DNA from: a virus
Taxonomy: Duplodnaviria > Caudoviricetes
Direction: 5' to 3' (one strand)
IMG/VR virus record: IMGVR_UViG_3300037722_001733
Coordinates: 1-33,726 of that record
Length of the DNA stretch: 33,726 nt
The first letter of the stretch is position 1. Every line of letters begins with the position of its first letter. Under the pieces are notes generated by a model that worked only from the letters and a program-made list of their open reading frames with translations, had not been told where the DNA came from and did no database searches. Below, piece after piece: positions 1 through 7,454 of this stretch. The position numbers were made by a program, and so were the translations under genes.

Positions 1-231
1 TCACTCCGCCGACACCGCGCCCGTCGCGGGAGGATCCTTCCGGATGTACCGCCATTCTTCCGCATTCACGACGCCCCGTCTCCGGAGCGCCCGCCAGACG
101 CACGGGCAGATCCTGTGGATGTTGGTCCCGCGGACGACGCCGGTGATGCCGGTGCCGAGGCAGGTGTTGTGGGAAGGCTTGGCGAGCGCCCGGATCTTCT
201 CCAGGTCGATCTCCACCATACCGTCTTTCAT
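1..231 (-). CDS. small hypothetical phage protein, Cys-containing (possible Zn-binding)
   Basis: 76-aa ORF in operon order with GAGGAG RBS; HNTC...CPC motif. Confidence 0.65.
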   Translation of the reverse strand: MKDGMVEIDLEKIRALAKPSHNTCLGTGITGVVRGTNIHRICPCVWRALRRRGVVNAEEWRYIRKDPPATGAVSAE

Positions 232-235
232 CTGC

Positions 236-460
236 TCATCTCCTCTCGATCGCTCCGGCCGCGACGGCCTTCTTCCTCCAGGATCGGGTCAGATCGTAGT
301 GCTCCTTTGAGCCGCTGTGCCGCCATCGATGCGGGATCCCGAGCTTCCGGGCGAACGCCTCCAGCTCCTCGAATGAATCCGCCAGGAGGTGACACGTCGC
401 GTGCTTCTTACTCCACATCGTGCAACCCCACTGCCGGAGGCGATCGACGTAGACGGCCAT
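236..460 (-). CDS. DUF4031-like protein
   Basis: MAVYVD...CHLLADS.EEL..FA.KLG.P..W...HYDL....R..AVAAGA pattern typical of DUF4031. Confidence 0.85.
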   Translation of the reverse strand: MAVYVDRLRQWGCTMWSKKHATCHLLADSFEELEAFARKLGIPHRWRHSGSKEHYDLTRSWRKKAVAAGAIERR

Positions 461-664
461 CAATCTCCCCTTCTAGGTGCGGCGGCGGCCGGTCCCGCCC
501 CGGCTGCCCCTGCCAGAGAGCGATTTGATGCCGCACGTGCGTCCGAAGCGCTTCCCGTGCCTCTCCGGGCCATACTGGAGCGATCCTTCGGGCGCTCGAT
601 CGAGGCCCTCCGGAAGCTTCTCCTCCCGCGTGTCATCTCGCCACGCCGCGCCGCCGCAGCATCT

Positions 665-1438
665 TCACCAGTTCCTCACGATCAGCTCGCGCGCCGCGGA
701 TCCGACGCCTGAGCGATTGTTGACGGAGTAGGTGATTCCCAGGCTCTTCATCCGGAAATGGGAAAAGAGCCTGCGCATCTCCGGGTGATCGTTGATGGAC
801 AGGATCGCCTTCCCCTGGACACGGTTTAAGGTATCGGCCAGCGCCGCGTATTGATCCAGGCCGAACGGCACGCCGTAGCCCTCGGTCAGCCAGTACGGCG
901 GATCGAGGTAGAAGAGGGTGTGCGGGCGGTCGTACTTCTCGATGCACTCCCGCCAGGGAAGGTGCTCCACCGTGCAGCGCGCCAGGCGCAGATGGACCGC
1001 GGAGAGCTCCTCCTCGATCCGAAGGAGGTTCAGGCGCGGCCCGCTCGTGGTCGCGGTGCCGAACGTGTGGCCCTTCGCCTTGCCGCCGAAGCAGAGCCGC
1101 TGCAGGTAGTAGAATCGCGCGGCGCGCTGGACGTCCGTGAGCGTTGCCGGCGGCGTCTCCTTCGCCCACTCGAACATCTGCCGCGAATTGAGCGCCCACT
1201 TGAACTGCCGGACGAACTCCTCGAGGTGGTGCTGCAGCACGCGGTAGAGGGTCACCAGGTCTAGGTTGATGTCGTTTAGGACTTCCGCCCTGGCCGGCTC
1301 CTCGCGAAGGAAGAACAGCGCCGCGGCGCCGCAGAACGGCTCCACGTAGCAGGTGTGCTCCGGAAACATCGGAAGGATCTGTTTCGCCAACCGTCGCTTG
1401 CCTCCCAGCCAGGGGATGAATGGTTGAACCGTCGTCAT
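665..1438 (-). CDS. dam: DNA adenine methyltransferase (D12/Dam class)
   Basis: PWLGGK, YVEPFCG, EVLNDIN, YLDPPY motifs; GGAGG RBS; recognition sequence unknown. Confidence 0.95.
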   Translation of the reverse strand: MTTVQPFIPWLGGKRRLAKQILPMFPEHTCYVEPFCGAAALFFLREEPARAEVLNDINLDLVTLYRVLQHHLEEFVRQFKWALNSRQMFEWAKETPPATLTDVQRAARFYYLQRLCFGGKAKGHTFGTATTSGPRLNLLRIEEELSAVHLRLARCTVEHLPWRECIEKYDRPHTLFYLDPPYWLTEGYGVPFGLDQYAALADTLNRVQGKAILSINDHPEMRRLFSHFRMKSLGITYSVNNRSGVGSAARELIVRNW

Positions 1439-1461
1439 TGTGAGCCTCCGCGTTGTCGTGG

Positions 1462-1570
1462 TAGGCTCTCCGCGCCGCGTACGTGGCGGGGGAGCCTTCG
1501 GCCTGGCTCACAGGTCTGCTCTGTGTGTCGGGCGGCCGGGCCGTGTTCCAGCACGGTCCGGTCGCTCCCT
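1462..1570 (+). ncRNA. candidate structured RNA antisense to the methylase leader
   Basis: 16-bp hairpin 1530-1545/1552-1567 with three G-U pairs on + strand; GGCCTG-GCTCA-CAGGTC hairpin; putative promoter TTGTGA-N18-TAGGCT (1438-1467). Confidence 0.55.
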
Positions 1571-1632
1571 CTATCGGCCTCCTCAGCGCCGGCGTCACCG
1601 GCGGACGGGGGTGAATGCCCCCGTTTCGGCCT

Positions 1633-2043
1633 TCAACCGTACTGCCTATCTCCGGGAACTCGCGGTGGGTTTGACGGTCCGGGGATATCCATGGGGTGCG
1701 GTCGGTCAGGGCTCTTGCACGTACCGAAGCACCGGCAAGCGAGCTGGAGCTTCATGCGCTGCTCGAAGAACCACGGCTCGGGATCCGCCGAGACCTGGAT
1801 CCGTATCGGCTGGAGTGGGTAGCCGAACGTACTGAGTTCGAGGAAAATGTCCGCGCCTTCCGCGACCATCTGCCGCTGCTCCGGTGTGAGGGTCCACCGG
1901 GACAGCACCTCCCGCATCGCGGTGTTGGCCCGGAGGCATCGGAGCGGGATGTACTCCGGCTGGTCCTTCGCGTAGACGACCTCGTGCTTCTCCAGGCCGT
2001 CCACGACCGGCCGGTCGGCGGGCTGCAGGTATTCCCACTTCAT
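1633..2043 (-). CDS. hypothetical phage protein
   Basis: Starts MKWEYLQ at an ATGA overlap with the upstream gene; YAKDQPEYIPL...SRWTLTPE motif. Confidence 0.75.
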   Translation of the reverse strand: MKWEYLQPADRPVVDGLEKHEVVYAKDQPEYIPLRCLRANTAMREVLSRWTLTPEQRQMVAEGADIFLELSTFGYPLQPIRIQVSADPEPWFFEQRMKLQLACRCFGTCKSPDRPHPMDIPGPSNPPRVPGDRQYG

Positions 2044-2363
2044 GGCAGGAGCTCGAGCTGCGGGTTCTCCTCGCGCAGCGCCTTGAGCCGGTCGTTGAGG
2101 GACGAAAGCTTCCGTTCGACGTCGTACGCTTCCTGCTTGGCCATCGAGAGGTGGTGGAGCTCGTGGAGCGTCTGGAGCATGCTCCGCTTGTGGTCTTCCA
2201 CCAGCGCCTCTGCCTTGCCCTGCAGCTCCTTCGCCGCGGCGTGCGGGTCGTCCTGGTCCTCGATGGTCGCTTTGAGCGTGACCTGGGGACGCAGGTTGGA
2301 GAAGTTCTCGTATGGGTGGTTGAACGTACGGCCCGCGGAGACGACGATCTCGGTGATCTTCAT
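2040..2363 (-). CDS. hypothetical protein with coiled-coil C-terminus
   Basis: 107-aa ORF with GGGAGG RBS, coupled in operon. Confidence 0.8.
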   Translation of the reverse strand: MKITEIVVSAGRTFNHPYENFSNLRPQVTLKATIEDQDDPHAAAKELQGKAEALVEDHKRSMLQTLHELHHLSMAKQEAYDVERKLSSLNDRLKALREENPQLELLP

Positions 2364-2365
2364 CG

Positions 2366-2944
2366 TCAGGCCTCCCTCTCAATCCAGTGCCAGGTCCCCG
2401 GTTCCTTGGCCTCCGAGTAGAGGATCGAGGTTTCCCGCCGGAAGCCGGTCTCGTTGCCCGGACCGTCGTTGCCCCAGTCGGTGAACACCGAGAGGTTGCA
2501 GTAGCCCAGCCGTTCCGGCACCTGCGGCCGCCACACCCGCACGACGACCGCCGCCCGGTGTTCGCCGTCCGGCATCACGAAATGCACCATCCTTCCTTCC
2601 GTGAATCCTTCCATCGATTCCTCCTTCTTTAGAAGAGAGTTGAGGTGCTGACACGACTTGTACAGCCAGTGGATCTTGTCTTCGACCTTCATCGTAATGT
2701 CCGAATAGACCGCTTCGAAAAACTCCATCTTCTCCTCGATCGCCCGAACGCGGCTGAGCAGGTAGCCGCCCCCGATGCCTTCCAGAAGGACCACCGCCCG
2801 GCCACAGACTTCCCATGCGATCGAACGCGTGCAGGTGAGCGACTTCTCCCCGTTGTCCCGGGTGACTTCCACGGGTATGCCGATGGGGTACCGACTGTTC
2901 CATTGGTCGGCTTCGAGTTGCGCTTCCGTTTGTTTGTTGGTCAT
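2366..2944 (-). CDS. hypothetical protein (192 aa) with internal in-frame start at 2614 (82 aa)
   Basis: ATGA overlap at 2941-2944; internal AAGGAGG RBS before MEGFTEG. Confidence 0.65.
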   Translation of the reverse strand: MTNKQTEAQLEADQWNSRYPIGIPVEVTRDNGEKSLTCTRSIAWEVCGRAVVLLEGIGGGYLLSRVRAIEEKMEFFEAVYSDITMKVEDKIHWLYKSCQHLNSLLKKEESMEGFTEGRMVHFVMPDGEHRAAVVVRVWRPQVPERLGYCNLSVFTDWGNDGPGNETGFRRETSILYSEAKEPGTWHWIEREA

Positions 2945-3162
2945 CCCGCCACCACCGCCGCCGGGAATGGCCGCCCCTTGCGCTTTGGCGGGCGGGGGAC
3001 CTCCGTCACGCGCATCAGGCCGAGCATTTCCTGCCTTGAAATGAACAGGGGCGGAGCCTCCTTCGTCCCGTGCGCGTACGTGCGCCGGATGGCGAGCCGG
3101 CCGGTGTATTCGATCCGCAGGAAGACCCCGCGCTCGGGGTCGGAAGCGACGATCTGCCTCAT
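2941..3162 (-). CDS. hypothetical protein
   Basis: 73-aa ORF with ATGA couplings at both ends and GGAGG RBS. Confidence 0.65.
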   Translation of the reverse strand: MRQIVASDPERGVFLRIEYTGRLAIRRTYAHGTKEAPPLFISRQEMLGLMRVTEVPRPPKRKGRPFPAAVVAG

Positions 3163-3686
3163 GCCGTCGCCCTCCGATCACGCCGCCAGGAGAGCGCCGC
3201 GAGCGCCATCTCGTCCAGGACCTCCTCGATCTCCTCGCCGTCCTGGTGGACCAGGGCGGAGACCAGGGTGTTGAACTGGTCCTGGACCCGGCGGAACCCC
3301 GCCAGGTCGCCCGGAAATTCCGTGCGCCCCTCCCCGTTTTTCGGCGGAGGACTGCCGGGGGCAGGCGCGGACGGTGAATTGTCAATTTGACGCTTGTTGA
3401 CGTTTCGCTGACTTTTGCCGGCCGCCCTGGGCGCCGCCTTTTTCTTCGCGGCGGGCTTCTTGCCGTCGATCTCTTCCAGGGGGTTGGGAAGGTTTGGGGT
3501 CGTGTAGATCATGCTGTCGCTGCGCTTGCCGGGCCACGTCTTGATCTTCCCTTCCGCCTCGAGGACCTTGGCGATGGGTTCAACTTCCTCCTTCTTGAGG
3601 CGGATCATGCCGGCCAAGGCGCCCCGGGTGATGGCCTTGTGCTCCTGGATCTTGCTAAGGACCAGATCCTTCTTCGTCGCATCCAT
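3159..3686 (-). CDS. putative winged-helix DNA-binding protein with Lys/Ala-rich linker (may extend upstream to 3926)
   Basis: AAGGAGGAG RBS before MDATKK; ITRGALAGMIRLKKEEVEPIAKVLEAEGKI resembles a wHTH. Confidence 0.6.
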   Translation of the reverse strand: MDATKKDLVLSKIQEHKAITRGALAGMIRLKKEEVEPIAKVLEAEGKIKTWPGKRSDSMIYTTPNLPNPLEEIDGKKPAAKKKAAPRAAGKSQRNVNKRQIDNSPSAPAPGSPPPKNGEGRTEFPGDLAGFRRVQDQFNTLVSALVHQDGEEIEEVLDEMALAALSWRRDRRATA

Positions 3687-3925
3687 CCTGTTCTCCTCCT
3701 TTTCGTGGTGGTCATTCTTTTCATTGGTTCGCAACCGGTGCTCTTTGATACCGTTTGTGGTCGTTTGTACGACATCGTTTACTTTACGGCTCTCCTTCTC
3801 CTGCGGGACGGCTTGCGTCATCCCCCTCCCGCGGAAGTCGCAGACACGGCAGTCGCTGGACATCGGCAGCCACGACTGGCGCCGCACGCAGTTCTCCGGC
3901 TTGCGGGTGAAGGGGCAGCCGGCCA

Positions 3926-4126
3926 TCACGCCCACTCCCGAAGGGCAAACTCCCCGTCCTGGAACAGGCTCATCTGCTTCTTGCGCGCATCGGCGATCGC
4001 CATCGCCTGGTCGTATCCCACCCCGTGGAAATCCCCGCCGTAGACGCATCGGCACCGCTTCGTCCTGCGGCCGTTGTAGCAGCGGGCGTTGCAGGCTCTT
4101 CTTCCCTCGCGAACGACGGTCGTCAT
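3926..4126 (-). CDS. small Cys-rich hypothetical protein
   Basis: CNARC...CRC..GG..HG motif; ATGA coupling. Confidence 0.7.
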   Translation of the reverse strand: MTTVVREGRRACNARCYNGRRTKRCRCVYGGDFHGVGYDQAMAIADARKKQMSLFQDGEFALREWA

Positions 4127-4326
4127 GCGGTCCTCTCGATGGTGACCCTGGTCGTCATCCGGTCGATGACGCCACGCCACGTCCGGAAGGCGGTAATGAA
4201 GGTCGTCAAGAACAGCGTCGCTGCGGAGACCAGGAGCAGCGCCATGGAGAGAAACAGCAGGAGAACGGCGCTTCCGAGGATCTTCGAGCGTGAAACAAGC
4301 TCGGCGTACTCTGCGCGCGGAGTCAT
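4123..4326 (-). CDS. small membrane protein
   Basis: Long hydrophobic stretch; coupled start and stop codons. Confidence 0.6.
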   Translation of the reverse strand: MTPRAEYAELVSRSKILGSAVLLLFLSMALLLVSAATLFLTTFITAFRTWRGVIDRMTTRVTIERTA

Positions 4327-4808
4327 GTCCCGGCCCCCGTCTCCCCGTGGTCCTCGGCGACGATCGTCACCTTCGGCGCCTTCCGGCGGATCGAAAGGTG
4401 CCTACGGATCTCATACCCGCGATCGCCGTCGCACGCCATGGCGATGAGCTCCGGCGTTGGCCGTACAATGACCTCACGTTCGACCAGGTCGTGCCGATCG
4501 CCCAGAAGCTCCTGCAGGGAGGAAACGTTCTCCGGCGGGATCTCCCAGGAGTACTCGACGCGCACGCGGGCGCGCATACCGTTCAGGGTGTCGAAGACGA
4601 CCTCGCCGTCGTCTTCGAGGCGCTCGACCGCCGCCGCCGCGATGGCGTCCTCGACGGCTTTCAGGGCCGGCTCGAACGATCGGATCCTCTCCTGGACGAT
4701 CGCTCCGACGTGGATCAACTCCTGCAGCGTTTTGTCGGCGACGGCGACCAATAACCCCGGACGCCCCTTCTCCGAAGGCTGGCTGTAAACGGTCGTGGTC
4801 TGTTTCAT
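4323..4808 (-). CDS. hypothetical phage protein
   Basis: AAAGGAGG RBS before MKQTTT; 161 aa. Confidence 0.75.
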   Translation of the reverse strand: MKQTTTVYSQPSEKGRPGLLVAVADKTLQELIHVGAIVQERIRSFEPALKAVEDAIAAAAVERLEDDGEVVFDTLNGMRARVRVEYSWEIPPENVSSLQELLGDRHDLVEREVIVRPTPELIAMACDGDRGYEIRRHLSIRRKAPKVTIVAEDHGETGAGT

Positions 4809-4822
4809 GGCTGGTCCTCCTT

Positions 4823-5269
4823 TCATGCGGCCTTGGCCGCTTTCATGGTTTTCAGAGCGTTGACCACCTTGCGGACGTGCTCGGGCTCGAGGAACCGCAG
4901 GTCCTCCACGCCGACGATCCGCAGCAGGAAATGCCGCAGCGCGATCGTGCGGCCCTCGGCCGTGGTCGCGCGGGAGACGTCCTTCCACATCCCTTCGATC
5001 ATCCGGAGCTGCTTCGGCGACGCGAATCCCGGACGGTCGCCGTACCGGTCGTACTTCTTCCGCCGCTCCTTGCGCCGCCACACGCCCTGGGAGACGGCGT
5101 GCGCCTCCATCTCGGCGATGAGATCCGCCGCCTCAGAGTGGGTAAGATCCTTCGAGGTAGTCTTCCGGAAGCGGGCGGCGAGCATCTCCCGGTACGTGGC
5201 GTCGTCAAGGCGCAGCGCGCCTTTCAGGACGTGAATCAGCTTGATCTGGATCCCGTCGATCGCGGCCAC
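4823..5269 (-). CDS. gemA: GemA / Mu gp16-like (DUF1018) protein
   Basis: IKLIHV..GAL.LDD.TYR.ML......TSKDLT and Q..MI...W motifs; GTG start with GGAGG. Confidence 0.85.
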   Translation of the reverse strand: MAAIDGIQIKLIHVLKGALRLDDATYREMLAARFRKTTSKDLTHSEAADLIAEMEAHAVSQGVWRRKERRKKYDRYGDRPGFASPKQLRMIEGMWKDVSRATTAEGRTIALRHFLLRIVGVEDLRFLEPEHVRKVVNALKTMKAAKAA

Positions 5270-5281
5270 GGCTTCCTCCTT

Positions 5282-5812
5282 TCAGGCGACCTCCTCGAGG
5301 GAGGTCTCGAACGGAACGATCACGAAGTCCTCGTCCTGGACGATCCGGATCCCCCGGACGTTTTTGACGGCCTCGGGCTCGGCCAGGATGGCGGTCTTGT
5401 CGATCTCCTCCTTGGTCCGGATGAACCGGGCAAGCCCGAACGCCCGCAGCGCCTCGATGATCTTGTCGATTCCCTTGAGGACGACGGAGGGCGGACGCAT
5501 CCGCCAACGGATCTCTCCGGAGGAGAGGTTCGCGGTCTTGGTCTTGCCTCCCTGGGTGAGCTCGTCCCGGTGGGCTTCGCAGTAGAGGTGCACCCCGTCG
5601 GAGAGAGCGCGGATCGCGTCGGCGTGGGGCTTCCCCTCTTCCTCGTACCGCTCCTTGATCCGCGCGAGCTCGTCGTTCATGTCCGCCTGGATCCGGTCCC
5701 GCTCCCGCTGCCGCCGGCCGATCTCCGCGATCGCTTCCACGACCTGGTCGTGCGTCTGCGGCACCGGGAACTTCACCGCGTCCTGCTTGATCTTCTTTGT
5801 CGCTGTCGCCAT
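5282..5812 (-). CDS. gam: host-nuclease inhibitor Gam
   Basis: YCEAHRDELT.GGKTKTANL.SGEI.WR.RPPSV...FIRTKEEIDK.AIL, the Mu Gam signature. Confidence 0.95.
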   Translation of the reverse strand: MATATKKIKQDAVKFPVPQTHDQVVEAIAEIGRRQRERDRIQADMNDELARIKERYEEEGKPHADAIRALSDGVHLYCEAHRDELTQGGKTKTANLSSGEIRWRMRPPSVVLKGIDKIIEALRAFGLARFIRTKEEIDKTAILAEPEAVKNVRGIRIVQDEDFVIVPFETSLEEVA

Positions 5813-5868
5813 TGCATTCTCCTTGTTATATTGGCGTGTGCCGCTCACACCGAAGGCCGGAGGAGCCC

Positions 5869-6261
5869 ATGAAATCCCCCGTTGTAACAGCGGAGGAAAT
5901 GCTCCATTGGTGGAACAACTTGGTTTTTGAATTCCTGCTGACGAGGTGCCGCCTCGGCCGCGACACCGTCGCGGGAATGCTTAAGAGGTTTGAGGAGTCC
6001 GGCCATCTCAACTCCCTTCGGGAAGAGCATCGGGCGGACGTGGATCGATTGATCGACGAGATATTTGCGTGCGATGACGACGCAGCTCTTGGGAGAACCT
6101 TTTTAAGAGCCGACGAAAGGATATTGGCTTTACTCCTGGATCGGGTTCACACGGGCTCCACGCTGTTAAAGAAGATCCGTGCCGACGGAATCTCCGCCAT
6201 GATCCCGATTCCACCGGCCGAGTTCTGCCGTCGGATCCTGCGGCAGGAATTCCGTTTTTGA
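5869..6261 (+). CDS. hypothetical protein, moron-like, antisense within early operon
   Basis: 130 aa; GGAGGAG RBS; extended -10 TGtTATATT at 5824-5832; more AT-rich than flanks. Confidence 0.65.
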   Translation: MKSPVVTAEEMLHWWNNLVFEFLLTRCRLGRDTVAGMLKRFEESGHLNSLREEHRADVDRLIDEIFACDDDAALGRTFLRADERILALLLDRVHTGSTLLKKIRADGISAMIPIPPAEFCRRILRQEFRF

Positions 6262-6289
6262 TCATGCAACGGGTCATGGCAGTTCTCCT

Positions 6290-6523
6290 TTATCCCAGGG
6301 CCTCGAACAGATCCGCGCTTTCCTGAAACCGGAAGGACGCCTCCCGGACCGCGTCGGGGGCCGTCGCACGGTAGATCGCCAGGGTGGACCGACACACGCA
6401 GTCGAACAGGATCAACGCCACGCCGCCGACCCCATACTGGATCCCCACCAGGTGGGACAGGACGTGGGCCTCGTCGAGAGATCGGCCGCACGCGCAGGTT
6501 TTCAGGATCACGTCCGCCCCCAT
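6290..6523 (-). CDS. small putative zinc-ribbon protein
   Basis: CACG...CVC motifs; directly follows muB. Confidence 0.7.
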   Translation of the reverse strand: MGADVILKTCACGRSLDEAHVLSHLVGIQYGVGGVALILFDCVCRSTLAIYRATAPDAVREASFRFQESADLFEALG

Positions 6524-7411
6524 TCAGATGATCAGCATCTTCGCCGCGAGGTGGATGATCTCGGGCGTGATGTGGGTATCGTTGACTTCGGCGATCCGGA
6601 CGGATCGGACGATCAGGAGGTTCATCCGGCGGTTGTTCCCGCCGCTCTCCCGGAGGAAGTCCTTCCAGAGGCCGTTGCTCTGCGGCAGGGCGGTCTTGAC
6701 GATCGCCTCGGCGTCGACATCCTGGAGCCGCTGCAGGTTCGCGGCGATCCCCACGCGCGAGTAGAGCTGGGCGTATTCGCCCTTCTTCCCCCGAAGGTTG
6801 TGGACCAGGCGCGGCATGCCCACCAGGAGGATCCCGATCCCCGCCTTGTCGTAGACCCGCCGCAGGAGTTCCAGCGCGCGGTACGGCAGGTGCTCGGCCT
6901 CGTCGACGATGATGAGGCGGCCGGAGCCGGAGAGCTTGCCGACCACGTCGTCGAACATGTTGTGGACCGTGCCCGTGCCGTCCAGGCCAATGCGGTGATG
7001 CAGATCGGTGAACAGGGACCGGGCCGTGTACCCGAGATCCGCCTCGACCAGGATCACGTCGGAGTTGCGGGATGCATATGCCTTGGCCGCCAGGGTCTTG
7101 CCGATCCCCGCCTCCCCGTAGGCCACGCCGATCTCGCCGTCCAGGTGGCAGGTCCGGGCCACCTCGAAGAGCCGGGTCGCCGTGGAGGTCATGACGAACT
7201 CGACCACCTTTTTACGGCTCTTCGAACGCTCTTTCTGGCGTTGTAGAAAGCCCTTTACCGCCTCGTTGAACTTCGGGACATCGCCCTTGTAGATGCCGGA
7301 GAGCCACTGGGAGAGCGCGGAGCTCGAACACCCAAGCGCGCGTGCCACCACGGCCTGGGACAGCGCCAGCTCCTCCATCAAGTTTCTCAGTTCCTGTTGC
7401 AGGTCACGCAT
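6524..7411 (-). CDS. muB: MuB-like transposition AAA+ ATPase with N-terminal HTH
   Basis: Walker A GEAGIGKT, Walker B IIVDEAEHL, LYSRVG; downstream of transposase. Confidence 0.96.
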   Translation of the reverse strand: MRDLQQELRNLMEELALSQAVVARALGCSSSALSQWLSGIYKGDVPKFNEAVKGFLQRQKERSKSRKKVVEFVMTSTATRLFEVARTCHLDGEIGVAYGEAGIGKTLAAKAYASRNSDVILVEADLGYTARSLFTDLHHRIGLDGTGTVHNMFDDVVGKLSGSGRLIIVDEAEHLPYRALELLRRVYDKAGIGILLVGMPRLVHNLRGKKGEYAQLYSRVGIAANLQRLQDVDAEAIVKTALPQSNGLWKDFLRESGGNNRRMNLLIVRSVRIAEVNDTHITPEIIHLAAKMLII

Positions 7412-7454
7412 GCTTCACTCCTTTCCGGGCCGCCGGCGGCGGCCCTTCCGTTTG

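Noticed and set aside
460-636. 58-codon minus-strand ORF between the methylase and the DUF4031-like gene
   Set aside because: Fills the gap and overlaps the next start, but is low-complexity with no clear RBS, so not called
1570-1640. com-like zinc-finger gene before the methylase
   Set aside because: No suitable CxxC...CxxC ORF in the gap
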